Below, piece after piece: positions 27,531 through 38,972 of a DNA stretch of 64,000 nt. The DNA comes from an uncultured SAR86 cluster bacterium (GTDB lineage Bacteria; Pseudomonadota; Gammaproteobacteria; Magnimaribacterales; D2472), in the NCBI GenBank assembly GCA_964276235.1, contig CAXYEK010000004.1, forward strand, positions 5,228-69,227, in the 5' to 3' direction. The position numbers and the translations under genes are program-made. Under the pieces are notes generated by a model, which saw nothing but the letters and a program-made list of their open reading frames with translations, made no database searches and was not told the origin of the DNA. The number at the start of each line of letters is the position of its first letter. Position 1 is the stretch's first letter.

Positions 27531-29111
27531 ATGACTAATCACAACCAAGAGAAAGATAAAGCAAATAACATACCTGATATGTCTACATCCAATTGGGGAG
27601 CTATAAATCCTGAATATGTTGCTAGGATGCGTATGCAAAATAAGTTTCAAACTGGAATTGATATTGCAAAATATACTGCAGGAGTTATGAGAAGAGATAT
27701 GGATCAATACGATAATGATACATCTTCTTACACTCAGTCCTTAGGATGTTGGCATGGGTTCATTGGACAGCAGAAACTCATATCAATTAAAAAACATTTT
27801 AAAACAACAGATAAGAAATATTTATACTTATCAGGCTGGATGGTTGCTGCTCTAAGATCTGAGTTTGGACCCCTACCTGATCAGTCTATGCATGAAAAAA
27901 CTTCTGTTGCCAGTCTAATTGCAGAACTTTATCAGTTTTTACGTCAAGCCGATGCTAGAGAACTTGGGGGTTTATATAGACAGCTTGATGCTTCTGAAGG
28001 TTCGGCAAAAGATGAAATTCAATCTTCTATTGATAATTTTGAAACTCATGTTGTTCCAATTATTGCCGATATAGATGCAGGCTTTGGTAATGAAGAAGCC
28101 ACGTACTTAATGGCGAAACAAATGATAGAGGCAGGAGCTTGCTGTATACAAATTGAGAACCAAGTTTCTGATGAAAAACAATGTGGACACCAGGATGGAA
28201 AAGTAACTGTCCCTCATGCTGATTTCTTAGCAAAAATTAATGCTGTTAGATATGCATTTCTAGAACTTGGTGTAGATGAAGGAGTTATTGTTGCAAGAAC
28301 AGATTCATTGGGAGCTGGTCTTACTAAGCAAATTGCTGTGACAAATGAAAAAGGAGATTTAGGAGATCAATATAATTCATTTTTAGATGTAGAAGAAATA
28401 ACTGCTGATAATATGAAACATGGTGACGTAATGATTAATCAAGATGGTAAATTAGTTAGACCAAAAAGATTGCCTAGTAATCTTTATCAATTTAAAGAAG
28501 GTACAGGAGAGGCAAGATGTATATTAGATTCAATTACTAGTTTGCAAAATGGTGCAGATTTAATATGGATCGAAACTGAAAAACCTCATATTGGGCAGAT
28601 TGGCGCCATGATGGATGAGATTAAAAAAGTCGTCCCTAATGCAAAACTAGTTTATAACAATAGTCCTTCATTCAATTGGACATTAAATTTCCGTCAACAG
28701 GTCTTTGATTTGATGAGTGAAGAAGGAAAAGACATGTCAGCTTACGATAGAGCTGATTTAATGAATGAAAGCTATGACGATACAGATTTAGCAACTGAGG
28801 CTGATAATAAAATTAGAACATTTCAGGCTGATGCAGCTCGTGAAGCAGGAATTTTTCATCATTTAATTACATTACCTACCTACCATACAGCTGCCCTATC
28901 CACCGATAATCTAGCTAAGGAGTATTTTGGTAATCAAGGAATGCTTGGTTATGTTGCTGGAGTTCAACGCAAGGAAATTAGAGAAGGTATTGCCTGTGTT
29001 AAACATCAAAACATGTCTGGTTCAGATATGGGTGATGATCACAAAGAATATTTTGCAGGTGATGCTGCACTAAAGGCCGCTGGTGAAGATAATACTATGA
29101 ACCAATTCTAA
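27531..29111 (+). CDS. aceA: Isocitrate lyase (long, ~530-aa type)
   Basis: Catalytic loop EKQCGHQDGK (K-x-C-G-H), IADIDAGFGN, and a length like the Pseudomonas-type ICL. Confidence 0.92.
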   Translation: MTNHNQEKDKANNIPDMSTSNWGAINPEYVARMRMQNKFQTGIDIAKYTAGVMRRDMDQYDNDTSSYTQSLGCWHGFIGQQKLISIKKHFKTTDKKYLYLSGWMVAALRSEFGPLPDQSMHEKTSVASLIAELYQFLRQADARELGGLYRQLDASEGSAKDEIQSSIDNFETHVVPIIADIDAGFGNEEATYLMAKQMIEAGACCIQIENQVSDEKQCGHQDGKVTVPHADFLAKINAVRYAFLELGVDEGVIVARTDSLGAGLTKQIAVTNEKGDLGDQYNSFLDVEEITADNMKHGDVMINQDGKLVRPKRLPSNLYQFKEGTGEARCILDSITSLQNGADLIWIETEKPHIGQIGAMMDEIKKVVPNAKLVYNNSPSFNWTLNFRQQVFDLMSEEGKDMSAYDRADLMNESYDDTDLATEADNKIRTFQADAAREAGIFHHLITLPTYHTAALSTDNLAKEYFGNQGMLGYVAGVQRKEIREGIACVKHQNMSGSDMGDDHKEYFAGDAALKAAGEDNTMNQF

Positions 29112-30313
29112 GATATTATTTTATATAAAGCTTCTGTTAACATATTAGAAGTTTTATATAGATTAGAAGTCTTCTGTTGTCTATTACATACGAAAGCATA
29201 ACCTAATTTATTTTTTATATCACCGTATGCAACAGACCCTCCTATTCCAGCATGGCCAAAACCATATTTTTTAATCATTGGTGCGAAATTAATTTTATTA
29301 GTCTCGTTACCATTTAACATAAAACAGTATCCAAAATTAATTTTTGAACCAAAAAGTACTGTATCTGGTCCTGAGGTTTTAATCGAAGTGGCGGTTTCTA
29401 GAGTTGAGGTGTCTAATAATTTAATATTATCTCTTTCACATCCAGTCGATAATATCCCAAATAATTTAGCTAAGCTTGCCGCTGTTCCATGACCATTAGC
29501 TGCTGGAACTTGTGCTTTTCTCCAATCTATTGAATTAGGATCATTTGTATTAAATAGCTCTCCATTAAAGGCTTGAATAAAGTCTTCGGAAACAATTGAG
29601 CTTTTTAAGTTATTTAAATCATTAGATAGAAAAATACTTGGAATATATTTAATAAATTCCAATGGTGGCTTCAAATTATCAAATCTTTTAAATGAAATGT
29701 CAGCACATCTATAATGTTGATCTTCAGATAAGCCGATATGGAAATCTAAATTAAATGGTGAAGCAATTTCCTCCCTAAAGTAATCACCAACCATTCGTCC
29801 TTCTGCCCTTCTAAATATTTCACCAACAAGCCATGAAAATGTTAACGCATGATAACCTTGCGAAGAGCCAGGTTTATAATATGGTTTTTGAGACTCTAAA
29901 GCTTTAACAAAAACATCCCAATCATTCCAACTACAAACAGGATAACCATCTTTAAATCCAAACATGCCAGCTCTGTGTGTAAGCAAATCAATGACTTTAG
30001 TATCAGGATTATTTATTCCATACTCAGGCCAATAATCTAATACTTTTTTGTCTACATCTAAAATACCATCATTAATTATTTTAGTTACGCATATTCCTGT
30101 AACCGCCTTCGTAACAGACCAAACATTTACCAGAGTATTATTATTCCATTTTGTATTTTTGGAAGGATTTGTATGACCACCATATAGATTAACAACTTCC
30201 TTACCTTCATATTCTATTGCAACCGAGCAACCAAGTTCGTGACCAGAATCTAATTGATCAGAGAAAATTTCATATATCTTTTTGAACCTATCATCGCAAT
30301 GACCGTTTATCAT
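29108..30313 (-). CDS. Serine hydrolase, beta-lactamase/esterase family
   Basis: S-x-x-K motif WSVTKAV in a class C beta-lactamase-like fold. 401 aa. Confidence 0.8.
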   Translation of the reverse strand: MINGHCDDRFKKIYEIFSDQLDSGHELGCSVAIEYEGKEVVNLYGGHTNPSKNTKWNNNTLVNVWSVTKAVTGICVTKIINDGILDVDKKVLDYWPEYGINNPDTKVIDLLTHRAGMFGFKDGYPVCSWNDWDVFVKALESQKPYYKPGSSQGYHALTFSWLVGEIFRRAEGRMVGDYFREEIASPFNLDFHIGLSEDQHYRCADISFKRFDNLKPPLEFIKYIPSIFLSNDLNNLKSSIVSEDFIQAFNGELFNTNDPNSIDWRKAQVPAANGHGTAASLAKLFGILSTGCERDNIKLLDTSTLETATSIKTSGPDTVLFGSKINFGYCFMLNGNETNKINFAPMIKKYGFGHAGIGGSVAYGDIKNKLGYAFVCNRQQKTSNLYKTSNMLTEALYKIIS

Positions 30314-30325
30314 TAATGATACGTC

Positions 30326-30502
30326 TTAATCACTACAAGATTGAGGGTCTGTTCTTCCACATATTTCACACTCGGAACCATTGTCAAGATTAGCAATACC
30401 ACCGCAAGAACCTTTAATTGGTTGATTTTTAACTACTAAACCTATTGCAAGGCCTAAAAATGCTAAGCCAATTACAATAAATGCGGAAATAAAGGTATTC
30501 AT
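30326..30502 (-). CDS. nqrM: (Na+)-NQR maturation protein NqrM (DUF539), 58 aa
   Basis: Not in the ORF track (<60 aa). My translation is MNTFISAFIVIGLAFLGLAIGLVVKNQPIKGSCGGIANLDNGSECEICGRTDPQSCSD: one TM helix plus the GSCGG...C..C cysteine motif. ATGA overlap with the apbE stop, at the canonical position after nqrF-apbE. Confidence 0.8.
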   Translation of the reverse strand: MNTFISAFIVIGLAFLGLAIGLVVKNQPIKGSCGGIANLDNGSECEICGRTDPQSCSD

Positions 30503-31488
30503 AGTCCCAAATCATACCATTTATTAGAAAATTTTAGGACAACCTCACCATCGTTTAGAAAAGATAACATTAATGCAATATCATTTTTATTTGCAAAATT
30601 CATTGCCTCAAGACCGCCCATCACATTCAAAGCGGTTGCATATGCATCTGCATATGTAGCCGAATTCTCATGAACCACTGTCACTGAACTAACATTAGAG
30701 GATATAGAGTTTAATGTCTCTGGATTGATTGTATGACTTATTGTTTTACCATTATCAAGAACTATAAAATTTCTATATTCTCCAGATGTGGCAATTGATA
30801 AATATTTATTAGAATTCTCAATAATATAGATAGGTTTATCAGAATATGACGAAGGATCTTGAATTCCAACTTTCCATGAGTTCCCATGAATATTTCCATT
30901 TATTATAACTTCACCACCTATATCAATTAGATGATTATTAAGATTATTTTTTAACAAATATTCATGAATTAATTGAACGCTATAACCTTTAGCGATTGAC
31001 GATAAGTCAAACCAGTCTTGAGAGTACTTAATAAGTTTATTATAGTCTTGAAGTGAAAATTGATTATTCGAACTATGGGATAAATCCTTATCAAAATCTG
31101 GTGAAAAACCCATTTGACTTGATAACTTTCCTAAAGTTATATCGTAAAGACCATCTGATTTAATATGAACCTCTTTGGCTATTGTAAGTATTTTATAAAG
31201 GTGACTACTAATAGTAAATTCGTTATCAACAGTATTATTGTTAATAATATTTACTTCTGAGTTGCTTTTATAATTAGATGCAATCATGTCAATATCATTA
31301 ATTATTTTAATAATATTTTTATGATGATGATCTGCAATAAACTCTGATGAAGTAATGGACCAGGAGGTTCCATATGCACTTCCATTTATAGTAAATGAAT
31401 TATTAGTATTATAATTATAAGCAATTAAAAGGCATATAAGTCCTACAACTAAAGCAATAATTTTTGAGATTGCAAATCTTGTAAGCAA
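30499..31488 (-). CDS. apbE: FAD:protein FMN transferase ApbE
   Basis: 329 aa. DLSSIAKGY, ATSGEYRNF and ADAYATAL are ApbE motifs. Located downstream of nqrF. Confidence 0.9.
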   Translation of the reverse strand: MLTRFAISKIIALVVGLICLLIAYNYNTNNSFTINGSAYGTSWSITSSEFIADHHHKNIIKIINDIDMIASNYKSNSEVNIINNNTVDNEFTISSHLYKILTIAKEVHIKSDGLYDITLGKLSSQMGFSPDFDKDLSHSSNNQFSLQDYNKLIKYSQDWFDLSSIAKGYSVQLIHEYLLKNNLNNHLIDIGGEVIINGNIHGNSWKVGIQDPSSYSDKPIYIIENSNKYLSIATSGEYRNFIVLDNGKTISHTINPETLNSISSNVSSVTVVHENSATYADAYATALNVMGGLEAMNFANKNDIALMLSFLNDGEVVLKFSNKWYDLGL

Positions 31489-31495
31489 GTTTTAA

Positions 31496-32722
31496 TTAAC
31501 CGCCAAAATCATCTAGTGCAATATTTTCAGGTTCAACACCAATATTAAGGAGTAAATCAATTACAGCTTTATTCATCATCGGCGGTCCACACATGTAGTA
31601 TTCACAATCTTCAGGTGATTCATGATTTTTAAGATAGTTTTGATACAAAATGTTATGAATAAATCCAGTATCACCATCCCAATCATCTTCAGGTTGAGGG
31701 TCAGATAATGCAACATGCCATTCAAAATTATCATATTTCTTTGCAAGTTCGTTAAACTCATCAACATAAAACATTTCTTTTAGACTTCTAGCCCCATACC
31801 AAAAAGTAATCTTTCTATCAGTATTGATTCTCAATAATTGATCAAAGATATGTGATCTCATCGGAGCCATTCCTGCTCCACCACCAACAAACACCATTTC
31901 ATTTGCTGTCTCTTTTGCAAAGAATTCTCCGAAAGGTCCAAAAACTTTAACCTTATCTCCTGGTTTTAGGTTAAAAGTCCATGAAGACATTACTCCTGGA
32001 GGAAAATCAGTTCCTGGAGGTGGAGATGCTATTCTAATATTAAATTTAATAATGCCTTTTTCTTGAGGATAATTAGCCATGGAATAGGCTCTTATAACTG
32101 GCTCTGTATTGATAGCTTTATTTTCCCAAATTTTAAAATGATCCCAGTCACCCTGATATTCTTCTTGAATATCAAAGCTTTTATAGTCAATTTCATAAGC
32201 AGGTGCTTCAAGCTGAACGTAACCACCGGCTTTAAAGTCTACATTTTCTCCTTCTGGAAGCTTTAAGATTAATTCTTTTATAAAAGTTGCAACGTTATCG
32301 TTGGAAATAACTTCACATTCCCATTCTTTTACACCAAAAATTTCTTCTGGTACTTCTATTTTCATATCACTTTTAACAGGAACTTGGCACGAAAGTCTCC
32401 AGCCATCATTTTGTTCTCTATTATTAAAATGAGATTCTTCGGTTGGAAGAATTGATCCACCGCCATCTAAGACAACACACTTACATTGACTACATGTTCC
32501 ACCGCCACCACATGCCGATGAAAGAAATATTTTATTTTCAGCAAGAGTCTGAAGAAGTTTTGATCCAGCTGGAACTATAAGTGGATTTGATGAATCACCA
32601 TTTATTTCTATGGAGACATCTCCAGTTGAAACAAGTTGAGATCTCGCACCAATAATAACTACAACAAGTGCAAGAACTATTCCTGAAAACGCCACAACTC
32701 CAAGTATTAAATCAATTTGCAT
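31496..32722 (-). CDS. nqrF: Na+-translocating NADH:quinone oxidoreductase subunit F
   Basis: N-terminal TM helix, 2Fe-2S motif [12 protein letters not shown], and FAD/NADH domains ([16 protein letters not shown]). Confidence 0.96.
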   Translation of the reverse strand: MQIDLILGVVAFSGIVLALVVVIIGARSQLVSTGDVSIEINGDSSNPLIVPAGSKLLQTLAENKIFLSSACGGGGTCSQCKCVVLDGGGSILPTEESHFNNREQNDGWRLSCQVPVKSDMKIEVPEEIFGVKEWECEVISNDNVATFIKELILKLPEGENVDFKAGGYVQLEAPAYEIDYKSFDIQEEYQGDWDHFKIWENKAINTEPVIRAYSMANYPQEKGIIKFNIRIASPPPGTDFPPGVMSSWTFNLKPGDKVKVFGPFGEFFAKETANEMVFVGGGAGMAPMRSHIFDQLLRINTDRKITFWYGARSLKEMFYVDEFNELAKKYDNFEWHVALSDPQPEDDWDGDTGFIHNILYQNYLKNHESPEDCEYYMCGPPMMNKAVIDLLLNIGVEPENIALDDFGG

Positions 32723-32736
32723 ATATTAAACCCTTA

Positions 32737-33348
32737 TTAAAGAGATATTCCTCCGAATGACATGAAACCAAAACTCATCAACCCAACAATTATAAAAGTT
32801 GCGCCGAGACCTTTCAAACCTTCTGGAATATCTGAATACTTTAATTTTTCTCTAATTCCAGCAAGGATAACAATTGCCATTGCCCAACCAAACCCTGCTC
32901 CAAGTCCATAAACAACACTTTCACCAAACATAAGATCTTTTTCAATCATAAATAAGGATGCGCCAAGGATTGCACAATTTACTGTTATTAATGGAAGAAA
33001 AACACCTAGCGCATTATATAAGGCTGGTACGTATTTATCCAAGAACATTTCAAGAATTTGAACAACAGCTGCAATTACACCTATATAACTAATCAACGAA
33101 ACAAATTTCAAATTAGTGCCATATATTCCAGCCCATTCAAGAGCATCCTCACGCAGAACAAAATTATAGATTAAATTATTTAAAGGGACTGTAATAAGAC
33201 AAACAACTATCACAGCTATACCGAGACCCATAGCTGCTTCAATTTTTTTTGATATGGCAATAAAAGTACACATTCCTAAGAATACAGATAAAGCAATGTT
33301 CTCAATAAATACGGTAGTAACAAATATGCTTAAATAATGTTCAAACAT
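32737..33348 (-). CDS. nqrE: Na+-NQR subunit E
   Basis: 203-aa polytopic protein. [24 protein letters not shown] matches the NqrE/RnfA family. Operon position. Confidence 0.95.
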   Translation of the reverse strand: MFEHYLSIFVTTVFIENIALSVFLGMCTFIAISKKIEAAMGLGIAVIVVCLITVPLNNLIYNFVLREDALEWAGIYGTNLKFVSLISYIGVIAAVVQILEMFLDKYVPALYNALGVFLPLITVNCAILGASLFMIEKDLMFGESVVYGLGAGFGWAMAIVILAGIREKLKYSDIPEGLKGLGATFIIVGLMSFGFMSFGGISL

Positions 33349-34027
33349 TTAATTCTCTCTTGGTTAAGTCTGGAGCCGTAGAATGCTTTGAGACAACAAA
33401 ATCATCTTGTTCTACTTGAGCAGGTCTATACGACCTTATAGCCCATATAAATAAACCAATAATAATAAAAGAACTTGGAGGTAATAAGAGTAAATTATTA
33501 CCCATATACCAACCGCCATTTGAAATAAGAGGAAGGATTTCATATCCAAATAATGAACCTGATCCAAATAATTCTCTAATGGTGGCAACGGCAATTAGAA
33601 TTAAACTATATCCTAAACCATTACCAAGACCATCGAAGAAACTAAGCAGAGGCTTTTCTTTCATTGCAAAGGCTTCTGCTCTTCCCATGACAATACAATT
33701 AGTAATAATAAGCCCAACAAAAACTGATAGTTTTTTGCTAGTTTCATAGCTATAGGCTTTAAGTAACTCATCAACAACAATAACCAAAGAAGCAATAATA
33801 GTCATCTGAACAATAATCCTAATACTGCTTGGTATATAGTTTCTAATTATCGATATAAATAAGTTTGAAAATGCCACGACACTTGTTAAAGCGACACACA
33901 TAACCATTGTTACTGAAAGATTATTTGTAACTGCTAAAGCAGAACAAATTCCAAGAATTTGAAGCGCAATTGGGTTTTCCTCAATAAGAGGCTTAACAAT
34001 TACTTCCTTATATCTATTAAGACTCAT
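33341..34027 (-). CDS. nqrD: Na+-NQR subunit D
   Basis: 228 aa. [17 protein letters not shown] is the NqrD/RnfE motif. Operon position. Confidence 0.95.
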   Translation of the reverse strand: MSLNRYKEVIVKPLIEENPIALQILGICSALAVTNNLSVTMVMCVALTSVVAFSNLFISIIRNYIPSSIRIIVQMTIIASLVIVVDELLKAYSYETSKKLSVFVGLIITNCIVMGRAEAFAMKEKPLLSFFDGLGNGLGYSLILIAVATIRELFGSGSLFGYEILPLISNGGWYMGNNLLLLPPSSFIIIGLFIWAIRSYRPAQVEQDDFVVSKHSTAPDLTKRELNV

Positions 34028-34790
34028 AATCTAACTCTTTAAATAATTTAGAGTAGCCTGACTCACCAAACCAGTAAGTTAACATATTGTTAACACCTCG
34101 ACTTGTTAATGTGGCTCCAGATAATCCATCAACTTTATAATTACTATTTACATCGCCAGTTTGAACTTTGCCTTTGATAACAGACAAAACAACTTTATCA
34201 TCTTTATAAATTTTCTTACCTGGCCAGAGGGCTTTCCATCTTGGGTTATCAACCTCAGCACCCAATCCAGGTGTCTCTTTGTGCTCATAGAATTCTAAGC
34301 CAGCAACAGTATTGAAGTCTTCTTCTATTGCTACATATCCAAATAAAGTACCCCATAAACCATAACCTCTAATAGGAAGTATAAGTTTATCTATATTATT
34401 ATTTTGATCTCTAACTATGAAAAATTTTCCTACATTCTCTCTATTTTTAATAATAGCAATATCATCTGCAGCACTTAATGGTTTTGAAAGATTTGAATCT
34501 CTAGTGGACTTTAATTGATCATATTCTTCAATTTTAAAATCTTTATATGAATTAAGAATTTTTCCGGTTTCAAAATCAACAAATTTCATCTCTAATTTAT
34601 CAAATTGAGTTCTAACATCAATTGATTCATCATAAATTTTAGCAGCTTGTAATATCTTTATACTTTTATTGTTTAGCGCGTTTTCATTTTGAAGATCACG
34701 AAGACTTACTGCAGCAAAAGATACAATAAGTGAACAAACTAGACATATTGCAAAAGCGACCCCCAGTGTTTTTAATACAGAATCATTCAT
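34017..34790 (-). CDS. nqrC: Na+-NQR subunit C
   Basis: 257 aa with one TM helix and the FMN attachment site [13 protein letters not shown]. Confidence 0.95.
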   Translation of the reverse strand: MNDSVLKTLGVAFAICLVCSLIVSFAAVSLRDLQNENALNNKSIKILQAAKIYDESIDVRTQFDKLEMKFVDFETGKILNSYKDFKIEEYDQLKSTRDSNLSKPLSAADDIAIIKNRENVGKFFIVRDQNNNIDKLILPIRGYGLWGTLFGYVAIEEDFNTVAGLEFYEHKETPGLGAEVDNPRWKALWPGKKIYKDDKVVLSVIKGKVQTGDVNSNYKVDGLSGATLTSRGVNNMLTYWFGESGYSKLFKELDYES

Positions 34791-36012
34791 TTAATAAAGC
34801 CTTCCTACGTTTAATATTAGACATAACAACCATATGATCAATAACCGGAGCTAAAAGATTAGCAAATAATATTGCTAACATCATGCCTTCAGGGAATGCA
34901 GGATTAACAACTCTTATAAGAATAACTGTAACACCAATAACAAAACCATATATATATCTGCCAGTATTAGTTCCAGCTCCTGAAACAGGCTCTGTTGCCA
35001 TAAAAACTAGACCAAAGGCAAAACTTCCAATAACAGCATGCCAATACCAAGGAACAGAAAACATTGGGTTAGTTTCAGACCCAATCCAATTTAATGAAGA
35101 GGACATTAAAATCATTCCAACAAGAGTACCAAGAATTATCCTCCATGATGCAACTTTAGTTGCTAAAAGAATAATCATGCCTATGCCGATAGCTATAATT
35201 GATGTTTCTCCTACTGAACCAGGAATAAAGCCAAAAAACGCATCAAACCATGTAAAGTTTTCACTAATTCCAGCCATACCTTTTTCGGCACCTACTCCAA
35301 GCGCTGTAGCGCCGCTGTAACCCTCAGGAACAATATTATTATCTGCAAGACCTGCTATCCAGACCTTATCACCTGAAATTTGTGATGGATATGCAAAATA
35401 TAAAAATGCTCTACCTGTAAGAGCAGGATTTAAAAAGTTTTTACCAGTGCCGCCAAAGATTTCTTTACCAATAACAAGACCAAATGTAATACCCATAGCA
35501 GCTTGCCATAAAGGTAAGTCTGGTGGACAACTTAAAGAGAATAATACAGTAGAAACAAAAGCACCTTCATTTATCTCGTGTTTACGGACAATTGCAAATA
35601 AAGCCTCCCATCCAATACCGACAACGAAAACTGTTATATATATAGGTAAGAAGTAAGAAGCTCCAAACCACATTTTTGAGAAAAAGCTTGATGAATCATA
35701 GCCTACAAAACTTATTAAATAGTGATGCCAATCACCAGTATTCATCTGATTTATAGATTCTAAATATTCTAATGAGTGAGCACCAAGGTTATACATACCA
35801 AAGAACATCGCAGGAAACGTTGCTAACCAAACGGTGACCATTACCTTTTGAATATCGACTGCATCTCTAACATGAACTGGATTAGAGGTTTTAGTTTGCG
35901 TTGAAAAGAATAAATTTTCTACAGCATCAAATAATGGAAACCACTTAGAATATTTGCCTTCTCCAACAAAGTTTGGTTTAGCATTATTTATATAGCTTCT
36001 TAAAATTTTCAT
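34783..36012 (-). CDS. nqrB: Na+-NQR subunit B
   Basis: 409-aa polytopic protein with FMN attachment context YSGATALG. Operon position. Confidence 0.95.
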   Translation of the reverse strand: MKILRSYINNAKPNFVGEGKYSKWFPLFDAVENLFFSTQTKTSNPVHVRDAVDIQKVMVTVWLATFPAMFFGMYNLGAHSLEYLESINQMNTGDWHHYLISFVGYDSSSFFSKMWFGASYFLPIYITVFVVGIGWEALFAIVRKHEINEGAFVSTVLFSLSCPPDLPLWQAAMGITFGLVIGKEIFGGTGKNFLNPALTGRAFLYFAYPSQISGDKVWIAGLADNNIVPEGYSGATALGVGAEKGMAGISENFTWFDAFFGFIPGSVGETSIIAIGIGMIILLATKVASWRIILGTLVGMILMSSSLNWIGSETNPMFSVPWYWHAVIGSFAFGLVFMATEPVSGAGTNTGRYIYGFVIGVTVILIRVVNPAFPEGMMLAILFANLLAPVIDHMVVMSNIKRRKALLNE

Positions 36013-37325
36013 TGTTCTAAATGCACTTTATTTAAGTTATCTAAAAGGATTGATGAATAATCATATTTACTTGGGCATACGTACGAGCATAAAGCCATAT
36101 CTTCGGGAGCTAATTCAAGCATTCCTAAGTCAACAGCCATTTCAAGATCAGAAACAACTAAAGATTTTAATAGTTGAGTTACCAGAATATCCATTGGAAG
36201 AATCTCCTCATATGAACAAACAGGAACAATCGCTCTATCTCCTCCATTAACTGAAGTATTAAATATAAAATTAATAGGTTTAAAAAAAGACGAAGAAAAA
36301 ACATTTAACTTAGAATGTAAGTTTTTTCCAGGCTTAAGCCAATTCATAAAAATATCATTTGCAGCGTCTGGAATAACAGAAACCTGAGAGTCATAATTAC
36401 CAAGATAATTCATAATTCCTTCTGAAGTATGGCCATATATAACTGAGCCAGAAATTACCCTAGCTTTATCTTCAATCTTTCCAGCAACTAATTCATCAAG
36501 ATTAGCTCCTATACGTGCATCAACCAATGAAGGTTCAAAAACACAAGACCCTCCTAAAGATATAATCTTATGTGTTCTTATTTTATTATTCTTTACTAAA
36601 TATCCAATACTTAGTATGTCTTGATAGTTAATTGTCCAAGCTATCCTATTAAGACTTACAGGAAAAATTTTATTTATATGAGTACTAGATAATCCTGCTG
36701 GATGCGGACCAACAAATTGATGATAATGTATACCTTCAATATTGGTATCAAAATCATTGTTTTGATATGAGAGGTGAATTGGGCAGTTAAAATAACTCTT
36801 AACAAGTTCAAGGCCTATATCAAATAAATCTTTATCTTTTTTAATTATATTAAACGGGTCTGATGATAGTGGATTTGTATCACAGGCATTAATAAAAAGA
36901 GCGTTAGGACTAGCATCAATAGATGGAGTTCTGTTAAATGGTCTTGTTCTAAATGCATTCCATAGACCTGAGTTTACTAAAAGAGATTTTACATCTTTAG
37001 TACTTGTTTCAAGAGAAAAATCTTCAAACTGTTCATTATCAGAAATATCTATCTCTATAGATAAAAATTTTCTTTTTTCGCCTCTATTTATTGAGGAAAT
37101 AGTCCCTCCTGCAGGAGAAGTGAAAAAGACTCCCTGATTTTTCTTGTCTTCAAATATTTTTGAGCCTGCTTTCACAATATCACCTACTTTAACAAGCATG
37201 GTTGGCTTCATTCCAACAAAATCATTTGCCAGCAAAGCCACTGAAGTAATATTAGGTTTATCAGAAATTACAGGGATAGGTTTACCCGGAATTGGCAAAT
37301 CTAAACCTTTATTTATTTTAATCAC
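36009..37325 (-). CDS. nqrA: Na+-NQR subunit A
   Basis: 438 aa, begins MIKINKGLDLPIPG as in NqrA. First gene of the operon. Confidence 0.95.
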   Translation of the reverse strand: MIKINKGLDLPIPGKPIPVISDKPNITSVALLANDFVGMKPTMLVKVGDIVKAGSKIFEDKKNQGVFFTSPAGGTISSINRGEKRKFLSIEIDISDNEQFEDFSLETSTKDVKSLLVNSGLWNAFRTRPFNRTPSIDASPNALFINACDTNPLSSDPFNIIKKDKDLFDIGLELVKSYFNCPIHLSYQNNDFDTNIEGIHYHQFVGPHPAGLSSTHINKIFPVSLNRIAWTINYQDILSIGYLVKNNKIRTHKIISLGGSCVFEPSLVDARIGANLDELVAGKIEDKARVISGSVIYGHTSEGIMNYLGNYDSQVSVIPDAANDIFMNWLKPGKNLHSKLNVFSSSFFKPINFIFNTSVNGGDRAIVPVCSYEEILPMDILVTQLLKSLVVSDLEMAVDLGMLELAPEDMALCSYVCPSKYDYSSILLDNLNKVHLEQ

Positions 37326-37404
37326 GTGTGCTGCGCCTTATTAAAGTTAAAAACAACTTAAAACGTGTAGATTATAAATCTAAAGTGCTGTTGATTAAAG
37401 GCTT

Positions 37405-38910
37405 TTAGTTAATTGGTTTAGGTAATCTTTGTAATGAAATATTGGCTACTTTTTTAGTAAGATTTATAACTTGCTTGGAATATCCATACTCATTATCGTA
37501 CCAACAATAAAGAGTAACTCTGTTACCACTTGTGATAGTAGCTTGACTGTCGATTATTGATGCGAATGGGCTTGAATAAAAGTCAGTAGATACAATCTCA
37601 GAAGAATTAACATAACCAAGAATTTCTCTATATTTTGAATGAAAAGCCATTGATTTAAGGTAGTTATTTAAAGAATCTTTATCCACTTCTTTATTTAAAA
37701 CCAATGAGAGTATAGCTAAGCTTACATTTGGTGTGGGAACTCTTATAGCATTGCCTGTAAGTTTGCCTGCAAGTTGTGGAATTACTTTTGCAACAGCTTT
37801 AACTGCTCCAGTTGAGGTAATGACCATATTTAACGGAGCACCTCTTCCCCTTCTGTCTCCTTTATGGAAATTATCAATTAAATTTTGATCATTTGTATAA
37901 GAATGAACAGTTTCTATATGACCGCCATCAATTCCATATTTTTCATTAAGAATATCTAAAACAGGAACTATTGCATTGGTTGTGCAAGATGCGGCTGAAA
38001 TAATAGACTCTGTCCCGTCTAAAATATTATCATTAACACCAAATACTATATTTTTAATTGCATCACCTTTGGAAGGCGCAGTTAATATTGCCTTAGATGC
38101 TCCACAAGAGATATGCTTGCCTAGGTTATCTTTATCTCTCCAGACTCCAGTATTGTCTATAACAATTGGATCCGTTATACCATAATCAGAATAAGTAACT
38201 TCTTCAGGGTTGGATGCATAAATTATCTTAACTGGATTGCCATTAATGACGAGTAATGAATTTTCTTCATCTACCCTTACGGTTCCATCATAAGAGCCAT
38301 GAACTGAATCTCTTGAAAGAAGACTGGCTCTCTTATAAATATCATCATCACCAGCTTTTCTTATTACAATAGCTCTTAATCTGAAGTAGTTTCCAGGTCC
38401 AGTCATTTGAATCATCATTCGAGTGACTAATCTTCCTATTCTTCCAAAACCATAAAGCACTATATCTTTTGGCTCACTGGGCCTTGAAGAGTCTTTATTT
38501 ATAACGGTTTCTAATTCTTCATTTAAATAAGTTGTTAAACCTGAAGTATCATCTTTTAGATCCTTGAAAAAAGGACATCTTACTGCAAGCTCACCAATAT
38601 CTATCTCGCAATCAGCTATTTTTAATGTCGATAAGTATTGAAGTATAGGATATGTCTCTAATTCACTTAATTCATTGAAATCAGATTGCCTAGCAAATCT
38701 GTGAGCTCTCATGATTTCAACTGGGGACTCGTTGACTAAAGATTTACCATAAATCAATATGTTTATGCCGTCTCTATAAAGATTTCCAATTATTGGAACC
38801 ATTAATTCAGCTAGACCTTCACGCCATTTCCAGTCGCCAAAAGAATCATCAGGAAGTATCCTATCTTGTCTCTTGGTAGATTGAAAAGTTAAATCCCTGT
38901 CATCAGTCAT
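37405..38910 (-). CDS. gap: Glyceraldehyde-3-phosphate dehydrogenase, long form with ~140-aa N-terminal extension
   Basis: YGFGRIGR NAD fold, catalytic SAASCTTNA and WYDNEYGYS. 501 aa. A similar long GAPDH lies next to mfd in pseudomonads (from memory). Confidence 0.88.
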   Translation of the reverse strand: MTDDRDLTFQSTKRQDRILPDDSFGDWKWREGLAELMVPIIGNLYRDGINILIYGKSLVNESPVEIMRAHRFARQSDFNELSELETYPILQYLSTLKIADCEIDIGELAVRCPFFKDLKDDTSGLTTYLNEELETVINKDSSRPSEPKDIVLYGFGRIGRLVTRMMIQMTGPGNYFRLRAIVIRKAGDDDIYKRASLLSRDSVHGSYDGTVRVDEENSLLVINGNPVKIIYASNPEEVTYSDYGITDPIVIDNTGVWRDKDNLGKHISCGASKAILTAPSKGDAIKNIVFGVNDNILDGTESIISAASCTTNAIVPVLDILNEKYGIDGGHIETVHSYTNDQNLIDNFHKGDRRGRGAPLNMVITSTGAVKAVAKVIPQLAGKLTGNAIRVPTPNVSLAILSLVLNKEVDKDSLNNYLKSMAFHSKYREILGYVNSSEIVSTDFYSSPFASIIDSQATITSGNRVTLYCWYDNEYGYSKQVINLTKKVANISLQRLPKPIN

Positions 38911-38972
38911 AATATTAAGTGGATATATATTAGCTTATGATAATAATTATCTTAAAAAAAAGATATATATAA

